Assembly: GCA_964355515.1 (NCBI GenBank)
Contig: CAYHDV010000001.1
Location: 26,544-90,543 of the forward strand
DNA length: 64,000 nt
Reading direction: 5' to 3'
Origin: an uncultured Candidatus Saccharibacteria bacterium
Lineage (GTDB): Bacteria; Patescibacteriota; Minisyncoccia; Phycocordibacterales; CSBR16-119
The notes beneath the pieces are model-generated. The model was not told the DNA's origin and searched no databases. It was given only the letters and a program-made list of their open reading frames with translations. The stretch's first letter is position 1. The number at the start of each line of letters is the position of its first letter. Made by a program: the position numbers and the translations under genes. Positions 7,805-16,065 of the stretch are shown here, in pieces.

Positions 7805-10207
7805 TCAATGAGATTCTGTCTTCACGACAGTGTCCCCATTTCTCCAAATCACAATCTGATTGCCAAAGCTTACAGTGTGCGTCTGGAGGTCACGAAGCAA
7901 CACTCCTTGCCCAATCCTTGAACCAATGGTGCTGTAGACATCACCCACGATAAGTGGGTTTTGCCTGACAATCTCCTCGATTCCGTTTGGTGGAGTTGGT
8001 GAGTTAAGGGTTGTGAAGTAAAAAACTCCATAACTAGACTCATAAACTCCTGCCACGTAGAAATCAAGTTCAAAGAAAATGTTTTGTCCATCAGGCAAAT
8101 CGGCCAAATGGAAATTCATCGGCTGGTTTGCATTCAAGAGCAATATTGGATCAAGCGATTCTCCTGTTTGTCCAAGTGGATACCATCTCATCACGCAAGT
8201 GACTTGTGCCAATCCATGTGGATCGGCCCAGACTTGAATAATCCCCGCGGTTGAATCCACTACCAGCTCCTGCCATCCCAGATACTCTACTGGCCCCAAA
8301 ACTGGAGGCTCAACATATTCCGGAAGTGCCTGACTAAATGTCGGACTTTCCACCCAGCCACCTTCGGCATTTATGTAGATGATCCGATAATAAACCGAAT
8401 CTTCTTCTGCCTGAACGTAGGGCCAGATGTCAGCATGTGCCGTGTATGAACCAATACTTGGTGTTGCCACCGTATCTTGATTCGAAAGTGGACTTGCAAG
8501 AGTCGCAAGATTCTCACTTAGTCTCAAGTAAGCACTTGCACCATTGAGACTCATTGGATTAGCCAAAAAATCAATTTCAGCAATCCAGGTGATCTCAGAC
8601 CATGTTATTGGCATAAGATTTACCACAGGCTGACCAGGTGTCGGCATGGTCGTAAAAGTCCATACCATAGTCCTATCAGTATGAGGAGAAAGTGAATCTT
8701 TCCCCACCACTGTCACACGGTATTCTGTACCGTTCGCAAGACTTGAGTATGCCACCGATTGATTAAGCGTTCCACTTGCGTCATAGAAGTTTTGACTTGA
8801 GATCAGTCCGGGGTTTAACCCGCTTAATTGCTCAAGCTCTACCTCTGCGTTCACTCCTCCAACATTTATCGAGCGGTCAACCAACAGATTGAAACCATAA
8901 CTCACCGCAGTTACCACAGGACCGGTAGATGAAATATCCACAAGTCCGGGTTCATACATGGTGATGTAGTAGGTCCAAGTCTCGGTGGATCCATCTATCG
9001 CTCGCGTGAGTGTGATGGTGACCATCTCGGTCGATCCCGGTGTCAAATTTGTCACCGTGACATCGACAGTATCAAGGCCCATAGTCGCAATTCCTCCCGG
9101 AAAGTTCAAATTTTCCTGAGGAAAGTTCACCACTACATTGCTTGGTCCTCCATCCGAATATGTCGGAATGTGGAGCTCCACTTCGTGAAGACCTGTGCTG
9201 TCATGAGTCACCTGTCCGATAGACAAGTCATCCAAATCAGCCGTGGTCACACTCAGTGTTGCACTTGCCGTACCTCCAGCATTTGTTGCTATGATTTGCC
9301 ATGTGTGCACTGTCCCGAATCCTAGCCCAGGAAGAGTGTACGAGCCAATAGCTGTGTCAACAGTCGTGTTGGTATACACAGAAACTCCATCAGCAAGCAA
9401 ATTGTAGCTTGTAGTGTTTGTCCCGTTCCCAATAACTGTGAACTCTACTTCCTGTGTACTACTTGTCGCTGTTAGCGAATCAAGATAGACAAGTGGCACA
9501 GTCACTGCTCCTGTTGTAAAGGTTAAAACTGGACTCGTAAAGAGTACAATCCCACCTCCAGCATTTGCTCTGACACGTCCTGTATAGGTCGTATTCGGTT
9601 GGCAGTTTGTGATGACAATACTTTTGTCATGTTGAACCCCAACCTCATACAACTGAGTGGCGACGATTCCTCCTGGTCCAGATTGCTGAACAAAGGAAAA
9701 CATTGCACCGCTCTGCCCATCCAGAGAGTCGATGTGGATGGTCGCACCACCAGAGGTGGTGTCCGTCACACTGTGACCCCATGAAGCTGGTATGCCCAAA
9801 TAAAAGGTCGTTGAATCCGTGTGAGTAAGTGATGTGTGCATATCAATTACGTTCCATCCCCCACCCGTTGTATCAACAATCTCTGTAACCACGACCATCT
9901 CAAGGACAGTATTTTCCGTGTTTACATCAAATACCATTGTTTGTGGGATTTGAAGCCCGTAACCAAGCATGAGGCTATCAACTGACACAATTGTATCACC
10001 ATCAAGTTTGATGCCCACCCCAAAAGAGTTTGATACCAATCCATTTTGAAGGAGATTGATAGCAGTGATTTCCGTGTTGATTTTGATCACCCACGGAGTA
10101 GTCACTTGAGTTCCAGTGATTTCTGCAAAAGCGACCGGGGTCACCTGAGCAGACAGATTAAACGCCATCCCTAGGACGGCTAGCGCAATAATGATTGTTT
10201 TTTTCAT
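7805..10207 (-). CDS. Large secreted beta-sandwich (FN3-like repeat) protein with T9SS-CTD-like tail
   Basis: Signal peptide MKKTIIIALAVLGMAFNLSA|Q; repeated units ending L.PG..Y...FTT; Thr/Val/Ser-rich; C-terminus NGIEE...VYSTIGSRIG...IVIWR...K. Confidence 0.7.
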   Translation of the reverse strand: MKKTIIIALAVLGMAFNLSAQVTPVAFAEITGTQVTTPWVIKINTEITAINLLQNGLVSNSFGVGIKLDGDTIVSVDSLMLGYGLQIPQTMVFDVNTENTVLEMVVVTEIVDTTGGGWNVIDMHTSLTHTDSTTFYLGIPASWGHSVTDTTSGGATIHIDSLDGQSGAMFSFVQQSGPGGIVATQLYEVGVQHDKSIVITNCQPNTTYTGRVRANAGGGIVLFTSPVLTFTTGAVTVPLVYLDSLTATSSTQEVEFTVIGNGTNTTSYNLLADGVSVYTNTTVDTAIGSYTLPGLGFGTVHTWQIIATNAGGTASATLSVTTADLDDLSIGQVTHDSTGLHEVELHIPTYSDGGPSNVVVNFPQENLNFPGGIATMGLDTVDVTVTNLTPGSTEMVTITLTRAIDGSTETWTYYITMYEPGLVDISSTGPVVTAVSYGFNLLVDRSINVGGVNAEVELEQLSGLNPGLISSQNFYDASGTLNQSVAYSSLANGTEYRVTVVGKDSLSPHTDRTMVWTFTTMPTPGQPVVNLMPITWSEITWIAEIDFLANPMSLNGASAYLRLSENLATLASPLSNQDTVATPSIGSYTAHADIWPYVQAEEDSVYYRIIYINAEGGWVESPTFSQALPEYVEPPVLGPVEYLGWQELVVDSTAGIIQVWADPHGLAQVTCVMRWYPLGQTGESLDPILLLNANQPMNFHLADLPDGQNIFFELDFYVAGVYESSYGVFYFTTLNSPTPPNGIEEIVRQNPLIVGDVYSTIGSRIGQGVLLRDLQTHTVSFGNQIVIWRNGDTVVKTESH

Positions 10208-10318
10208 TTTCTTCGTTTTGTTGAATTGTGAGGTACTATTTTGTTTGACTTAAACCTACCATAAACTTGACAAATAGTCAATATGTATTCAAAAACTCAT
10301 TTTTGGTAAACTGGGCAG

Positions 10319-11005
10319 ATGAAAATTCATAGATTTTTTGTCGATTTGCCATATGAGACGGACGAGCTGATTATTTCTGACAAAGAATTGGTTCACCAAA
10401 TGAATAATGTACTCAAACTCAAATCTGGAGAATTTGTAGAGCTTTTTGATGGTTCAGGTAGTGCCTTTCTAGGTGAAATAAGTAGTGTCTCAAAAAAATC
10501 TGTAGAAATTAAAAATGGGGAAATTAAAAAAGTGGCAGATACTCGAAAAGAAATTTTCGCCTATATTCCCCTTCTACGCCGAACAAACACAGAACTTATA
10601 ATCCAAAAACTCACCGAGCTTGGAATCAAAAATATAATCCCCATCAAAACAGATAGAACAATCAAGTCCGATGTGAATCAAGAGAGGCTAAAGAAAATCT
10701 CGATAGAAGCCACCGAACAATCCGGACAATACTTCCTCACCAATATCAGCGAACCACTCAAGCTCAAAGAGGCTCTCGAGAGAGCCTCTGGTACAGATAT
10801 ATTTGTTCTAGATATGGGAAATGATTCTTTCCGAAACCATAAGCGCACCTATCCTCTATCATTTTTTGTTGGGCCTGAAGGTGGCTGGACAGATGAAGAG
10901 CGAGAGCTGTTTAGAAACTCTGGCGCAAAGATCGTAACACTCACAGACACTGTCCTACGAGGAGAAACTGCTGTTATCCTCGCGGGTTATGAAGCTCTTT
11001 ATTAA
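10319..11005 (+). CDS. rsmE: 16S rRNA m3U1498 methyltransferase
   Basis: H...VLK, QKLTELG, EATEQS, VGPEGG and VLRGETA SPOUT motifs. Confidence 0.95.
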   Translation: MKIHRFFVDLPYETDELIISDKELVHQMNNVLKLKSGEFVELFDGSGSAFLGEISSVSKKSVEIKNGEIKKVADTRKEIFAYIPLLRRTNTELIIQKLTELGIKNIIPIKTDRTIKSDVNQERLKKISIEATEQSGQYFLTNISEPLKLKEALERASGTDIFVLDMGNDSFRNHKRTYPLSFFVGPEGGWTDEERELFRNSGAKIVTLTDTVLRGETAVILAGYEALY

Positions 11006-11009
11006 AAAC

Positions 11010-11040
11010 AAAAAACTCCCACAATAATCGTGAGAGAAAA
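11010..11040. terminator. Terminator shared by rsmE and the DGR template RNA
   Basis: Minus strand CTCTCACGA-TTA-TTGTGGGAG-TTTTTT. Confidence 0.65.
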
Positions 11041-11411
11041 ATATCTTGTATCGAAAAGCAAGAAACCAGTTGCTAGAATTCCAGTCATTGGACCAATTCT
11101 AGAGATTCACCTTGCGGTCATCCCAGTCCTCCCAAAGTTCGGGAACCTTGGACGCGGGAACTTTTGTATATCTATCCATCTGTACCACCGGTGCCAGATT
11201 CCTCCAACACCTGAATATTATTTGGGATCAAGAATCCACCAGATAGATATACCGACATATATTTTTTTGAAAGAATGCAATACAACCACGCTGTGATAAG
11301 CCCTGCCGACGCCAAGGCTTTGGCACGCAAACAGTGACCGACCATATTCTGGGTTGCAAGATTCTGATCGCAGGATGTAAAGCCTTGACCGTACATGCAT
11401 TACCACAATCA
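11016..11411 (-). ncRNA. Predicted stand-alone DGR template RNA (~400 nt)
   Basis: Promoter TTGAAT(11441-11446)-17-TATACT(11418-11423), a structured ~250-nt 5' region, the TR, then a terminator. Confidence 0.6.
11052..11157 (-). repeat. DGR template repeat (TR)
   Basis: 106 bp, ungapped match to 11525-11630; all 14 mismatches fall at TR adenines (minus strand); rich in AAT/AAC/GAC codons; lies outside any credible CDS. Confidence 0.95.
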
Positions 11412-11517
11412 TCCTTCAGTATATACAAAAAGACCCCTTGATTCAAATGCACAAAGTGCAAAGAACCAAAGGGTCGAAGTTAAAAAGCAACCAAGCAAAG
11501 ATTCAAAAGATCAAAGT

Positions 11518-12027
11518 TCAGTCGCGAAAAGCAAGAAACCAGCCGCTAGAATCCCAGCCACGGGACCAATCCTAGAGATCCACCCTGCGGCCAACCCAGT
11601 CCCCCCAAAGCCCGGGAACCTTGGACGCGGTGGTTTTAGAACCAAGTGCGATGATACTCATTTCGCGTTGCAATCTGGGATATTCGTTTCCCAGGGTGAG
11701 AAGTTCGCGAGCGGTTGCTGGCCGAAGTCCACGGACAACCATCTGTGCCACAATATCTTCAGAAGACATTTTTCGGTTAAAGTTGAGTAGGATGGCTTCA
11801 CGGGTCATGATTGTGTCTTTCTTGTCATCTCCACCTTTTTGGATAAAGGCATTGTTGGAAATACCAGAATTGACCAAGTCATAGTTTCCCATGGTCACAA
11901 GGTCATCAATTGACTTGGAATAGTCAATTATGACATTCATCCGTAATTCATCGATTTGGTTTCCTCCACCACAAGATGAGAGGATTGCCATTGCTGGCAA
12001 GAGGGCAAAAAGTGTTAGCTTTTTCAT
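11518..12027 (-). CDS. DGR target lipoprotein, currently truncated by an in-frame TAG at 11572-11574 (151 aa; 169 aa if that codon is sense)
   Basis: Lipobox MKKLTLFALLPAMAILSS|C; GLRPAT..ELL motif; frame continues past the TAG as DWSRGWDSSGWFLAFRD-TGA, resembling the final strand of CLec-type DGR targets. Promoter TTGACA(12077-12082)-17-TAACAT(12054-12059). Confidence 0.85.
11525..11630 (-). repeat. DGR variable repeat (VR) at the 3' end of the target gene
   Basis: Differs from the TR only at A positions (12 A>G, 1 A>T, 1 A>C); ends a few bases before the TGA at 11518-11520. Confidence 0.95.
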
Positions 12028-12194
12028 AATATTCGGTTTTGAAGTTTAAGTATATGTTAACATATACGGGTATCTTTGTCAAGGATTATTGTGATGGCAT
12101 GTATTATATGTAGAAATGACAAGTTTTAGAACTTGCAAACCTTTCGACACTTGAGCTTTAACTTTTAAAATATTCACGGTTTTTTTGATTAGTG

Positions 12195-12482
12195 CGTAGC
12201 GTCTTTGCGAGGAGCTTGGCGACAAAGCAATCCAGGGTTCAATCACCTTATTGTGAATGGGGTGCGTTTCAGTGTCCATAGATCCTGAACTAAATTCAGG
12301 ATGACAGGTATATTGTATAGTGTTGCCCATTTAGATCCTGAAATGTACCCTCACTTCGCTGTGGAGTACTAAGTCCTGGATTGCTTCGTGCCTCGCAATG
12401 ACGATACGTTTTATGAGTACTCTCTGGATTGATTCATGCCTCACTTCTTCGCCAAGGCTACGAAAGTGCACGGCGCAATGAC
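12195..12482. repeat. Cluster of several REP-like palindromic elements, some nested
   Basis: 12195-12236 (39/42 identical to the inverted copy at 20682-20723), 12280-12306, 12375-12403, and 12424-12482 interrupted by a CTTCGCCAAGGCTACGAA element. Confidence 0.8.
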
Positions 12483-12519
12483 AAAATTGTTTGCATGTGA
12501 CAAGCATTACTTTTAGATT

Positions 12520-13290
12520 TTAATCTTTCAGAAAAATTTTCTTTACTTGCTCAGTAGAAATCACTCTTGCATCCTCTACTTTATATTCTCCGATAGAAAT
12601 TCTCCGGAGAGCAGAAAGTGTAGCCGGTACGCCAAGTCTACTGCCTAGCTCGCGAGCAAGTGATCGAATATACGTCCCAGAACCAACATCAAAAGTGACC
12701 CTCAGAGCGACCTCACCCCAGCCCTGCCTGCCGGCAGGCAGGCCTCTCCTTATCAATGAGAGGGGGCTAGCCGATGACCCTTCTCGCTTCGAGTCGTTTC
12801 TTTTAATTTCTTTTAACTTTACCGAATGTACAAGCATTGTCTTTATCGGTACTTCGACCTCTTGGTCTTTGCGGGCATATTTGTACAAAGCCTTTCCATC
12901 TTTTTTGATAGCTGAATACACAGGCACAGCTATTTTTTGCTCACCTAGTAGAGTTTCTAATTTTTCCTTTATCTCTTTGTCTTCTAGAGCCGAAGCGTCC
13001 GCTTCCGCAATCACTTCCCCTTCCAAATCATCTGTTGTGGTTTGTTTACCCAACAGAATTTCTGCTTCATAGACTTTTGATTTGCCAATTAGCCCTGTGA
13101 GCTCCTTTGTCATCTTCCCCACACCCACGAGGATTAGTCCTGTAGCCCTCGGGTCGAGCGTCCCTGCGTGACCTATTTTGATTTTCGCATGTCCGGCTTC
13201 TTTGTACTCTCGTTTCAAAAAACGAATCACATCATACGATGTCACGCCAAATGGCTTGTCTATCAAAAGTAATTCCCCTTCTGGATTCAT
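12520..13290 (-). CDS. truB: tRNA pseudouridine-55 synthase with a REP-derived in-frame insertion
   Basis: IDKP.G.TS, GHAGTLDP.ATG, YSAIK.DG..LY and GTYIRSL motifs; extra segment SPLSLIRRGLPAGRQGWGEVA. Confidence 0.95.
   Translation of the reverse strand: MNPEGELLLIDKPFGVTSYDVIRFLKREYKEAGHAKIKIGHAGTLDPRATGLILVGVGKMTKELTGLIGKSKVYEAEILLGKQTTTDDLEGEVIAEADASALEDKEIKEKLETLLGEQKIAVPVYSAIKKDGKALYKYARKDQEVEVPIKTMLVHSVKLKEIKRNDSKREGSSASPLSLIRRGLPAGRQGWGEVALRVTFDVGSGTYIRSLARELGSRLGVPATLSALRRISIGEYKVEDARVISTEQVKKIFLKD
12707..12766. repeat. Composite REP within truB: 40-bp host plus 20-bp palindrome CCTGCCTGCCGGCAGGCAGG (12723-12742)
   Basis: Host CCCCCTCTC...TGGGGTGAGGTCGC matches the uninterrupted 40-bp copy at 49542-49581. 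Confidence 0.85.
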
Positions 13291-13378
13291 GGGTCTACTT
13301 TAAAACAAAATTTAAAAATAACAAGACTCTTGACATAAATCTATTTTTTAATTAATCTGGTAAAAAACAATACAGCAC

Positions 13379-13735
13379 ATGTACACACTAGAGGAATTAA
13401 AAGAAATCGGAACAAAACTTGTTGAAATCAACTTGGGTAGGGTTTCTACAAAAAGTATCGTTCAGGATTTCAAGAATAGACACTCTTGGTCATTGGGACT
13501 TTTATCTAATAAGACAAAAGATGGAAAGCTGTTCAAGGAGATATGCGAGAGTGGTCACTGGATTCAGTGTAAGAAAGAACCAATTCTTGATGATCTAGAA
13601 AAACCTTTGACTCATCAGCCTCGCCCGAAATGGGCTAAGATTTTGATCTCGAATTCTTCGAAAAGTGTAGTTATCACTTGCGAGGAAACCCATGCAGTAG
13701 GCAAATTCATGCCAACTACAGTGCAGATTGAATGA
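13379..13735 (+). CDS. Hypothetical protein
   Basis: 118-aa ORF with TTGACA-17-TAATCT promoter and terminator at about 13749-13777. Confidence 0.6.
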   Translation: MYTLEELKEIGTKLVEINLGRVSTKSIVQDFKNRHSWSLGLLSNKTKDGKLFKEICESGHWIQCKKEPILDDLEKPLTHQPRPKWAKILISNSSKSVVITCEETHAVGKFMPTTVQIE

Positions 13736-13791
13736 TCTGTCACGATTTAAAAAGCGACCAATTCGGTCGCTTTTTTTGTTATAATCTTTTT

Positions 13792-14556
13792 ATGGATATT
13801 ATTTCATCAATTATTCTTGGTGTCGTGGAGGGACTAACAGAATTTCTGCCAATTTCTTCTACCGCCCACCTCATGATTACCAGCAAGCTTCTGGGACTTC
13901 CCCATACCCCATTTCTCTCTACATTTGAAATTGGTATTCAGTCTGGGGCCATCCTTGCTGTTATTATTTATTACTTTAAACGAATTTTTTCTTCAAGAGA
14001 TCTCTTTTGGAAAATTGTGGTGGGGTTTATCCCTACAGCAGTCATCGGGTTTTTATTATATGATGTAGTCAAAAATTATCTCCTTGAATCTTTGGTTGTT
14101 GTAGGCTGGGCGTTACTTATCGGAGGAGTAATTATTATTCTAATAGAGAAATTTCATAAATCAGTTCCTGAATCCGCTGAAGTAGAATCTATTTCATATA
14201 AGCAATCAGTACTGCTTGGATTCTTCCAAGTGTTCGCAATAATACCCGGAGTCTCACGTTCTGGGGCGACGATTATGGGAGGGCTTTTGTCTGGAATCAG
14301 CAGAAGACAAATTGTGGAGTTTTCTTTCTTGCTTGCGATACCCACAATTCTGGGAGCAACTGGTTTTGATATTCTAAAAAGTGGCATAAGCTTCACAAAT
14401 CAAGAATTACTAGTATTTGGAATTGGGACTGTGGTTTCTGCCCTGACAGCCTGGGCAGCAATTAAGTTTTTCTTGAAATTTATCTCAAGCCATTCTTTTG
14501 AAGTGTTTGGGTGGTACAGAATTCTGGTAGGGATACTCATCCTCCTATTTTTATAA
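13792..14556 (+). CDS. uppP: Undecaprenyl-diphosphate phosphatase
   Basis: EGLTEFLPISSTAH and PGVSRSGATI motifs; start moved to ATG 13792. Confidence 0.96.
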   Translation: MDIISSIILGVVEGLTEFLPISSTAHLMITSKLLGLPHTPFLSTFEIGIQSGAILAVIIYYFKRIFSSRDLFWKIVVGFIPTAVIGFLLYDVVKNYLLESLVVVGWALLIGGVIIILIEKFHKSVPESAEVESISYKQSVLLGFFQVFAIIPGVSRSGATIMGGLLSGISRRQIVEFSFLLAIPTILGATGFDILKSGISFTNQELLVFGIGTVVSALTAWAAIKFFLKFISSHSFEVFGWYRILVGILILLFL

Positions 14557-14626
14557 ATAAGAGGTATTCATCTGTCTCAAAAAATATAAAGATAATCCTT
14601 AATTTTTTGTAATAAAAAAGCTCTTT

Positions 14627-14866
14627 TCAGAGCTCATGAACCTTGTCTTTATCTTCTTCGAGGTCAGCTTTCGTATTTGGTATAAGAAAATATTTTGCTG
14701 AACTACTAGATTTCTTTGATTTAGGTTTAGATTTTTTATGATAATCCAGTTTAACAGGATTGTTTTGTTGATATAACAAATATCTTTCTTTCCTAGAATT
14801 ATGTTCACCAGAAAGGGACATCATCGCAGCCAAAATAATATAATTTATGTACAGAATATTCTTCAT
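14627..14866 (-). CDS. Small hypothetical protein with N-terminal hydrophobic segment
   Basis: 79-aa ORF with a -10-like element just upstream. Confidence 0.4.
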   Translation of the reverse strand: MKNILYINYIILAAMMSLSGEHNSRKERYLLYQQNNPVKLDYHKKSKPKSKKSSSSAKYFLIPNTKADLEEDKDKVHEL

Positions 14867-14926
14867 GGCTTTTATTTTTACTCTACACTAAAAAAGAAAC
14901 CCTGTCCAAGGGTTTCTTTTTTAGTA

Positions 14927-15253
14927 TTATTTAATTGCTGAAATCTTTACTTCGTAAAATGGTTGTTTGTGACCGTTTTTTCGGTAGTATCGTGACTTTG
15001 ATTTGTACTTTGCGACAATTACCTTTTTACCTCGTCCTTCTTCTTGGAATAGAGCTTCTACTACTTTCCCAGATACTGTTGGGGTACCCACCATTGTGTC
15101 TTTACCATTATCGAACAAAAGTACTTCTTCAAAAGTAATTTTTTCCCCTTCTGTATAAGCCTTTGGAAGTTTCTCAATTTTAAGAATATCACCAACAGAT
15201 ACTTGGTATTGTTTCCCTCCTGTTTTTATAACTGCAAATTCTTTAGTTACCAT
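14927..15253 (-). CDS. rplU: 50S ribosomal protein L21
   Basis: FAVIKTGGKQY.V and GHKQ motifs. Confidence 0.97.
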   Translation of the reverse strand: MVTKEFAVIKTGGKQYQVSVGDILKIEKLPKAYTEGEKITFEEVLLFDNGKDTMVGTPTVSGKVVEALFQEEGRGKKVIVAKYKSKSRYYRKNGHKQPFYEVKISAIK

Positions 15254-15382
15254 AATATCAAGTATTCTACCTAAATCTATTTAAAATGCAAGCTTTTTTC
15301 TGGGGAGATTCCTGATCCCCGAAATCCACTGATTTTTGGCTTTTTGGCTTAGTCTAAAAGTATCTCATGCTACAATTTAGAC

Positions 15383-16063
15383 ATGTTAAAACAACAACGT
15401 CTAGACTCTTTATCAGATGGTATTTTTTCCATAGTAATGACACTTTTGGTTCTGGAGCTAAAAGTCCCCGCTATCACAGAATCACTCACAGAGGGTCACC
15501 TATTATCCTCTCTGATTGAAATTATCCCTCTTCTTCTTATTTATTTTGTATCATTCACACTTCTCTATGTTTATTGGAGAGGTCAACACTACATAGCTTC
15601 TGTATTTGCACATAACCTAGATAATAGGCTCACTTCTATAAATGCTATTTTTCTGATGCTTATCGGACTTGTTCCCTTTTCTACCCATTTTCTAGGTTTA
15701 TATCTTTTTTCTCAAACAGCAATAATTGTGTATGGGTTCCACATGCTTCTTCTCTCAGCCACACTCCTTTGGATGAGAATCCATGTGCGAGATTCAGCAG
15801 ATATCGAAAATGAGCCAATAGACAAAAAATCAGATGCTAGAGGTATGATGAGAATCGTCATGCCTGGAGCAATGGCCATAATTGCCATTCTTCTTTCTTT
15901 TATAAATACAATGTTTTCTCTCCTGCTGTTTCTTGTTGCTATATATTTCAATCTGGCTTCATCAAATGCTCATTGGTTGAATAATATATTTGATAAAATA
16001 AATGTAAAGTTTATGAGCAAGCCTAAACAAAAACAATCTCAAAAAAAGATTGCTAAAAAATAA
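15383..16063 (+). CDS. TMEM175-family (DUF1211) K+ channel
   Basis: RLDSLSDGIFSIVMTLLVL signature; 6 TM segments. Confidence 0.9.
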   Translation: MLKQQRLDSLSDGIFSIVMTLLVLELKVPAITESLTEGHLLSSLIEIIPLLLIYFVSFTLLYVYWRGQHYIASVFAHNLDNRLTSINAIFLMLIGLVPFSTHFLGLYLFSQTAIIVYGFHMLLLSATLLWMRIHVRDSADIENEPIDKKSDARGMMRIVMPGAMAIIAILLSFINTMFSLLLFLVAIYFNLASSNAHWLNNIFDKINVKFMSKPKQKQSQKKIAKK

Positions 16064-16065
16064 TT

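Noticed and set aside
11172-11461. Short minus-strand ORFs as Avd or an RT remnant
   Set aside because: No convincing Avd pattern and no YxDD motif; the region fits a structured RNA better.
11572-11574. TAG recoding as a sense codon
   Set aside because: TAG terminates corA, ftsZ, rpsD and trpS normally, and no core gene has an internal TAG.
11030-11790. Similar plus-strand ORFs 11030-11296 and 11395-11790 as duplicated genes
   Set aside because: They are antisense shadows of the TR and VR; mismatches are adenine-specific on the minus strand.
12079-12330. 83-aa ORF upstream of the DGR target
   Set aside because: It largely overlaps REP sequence and has no protein-like features.
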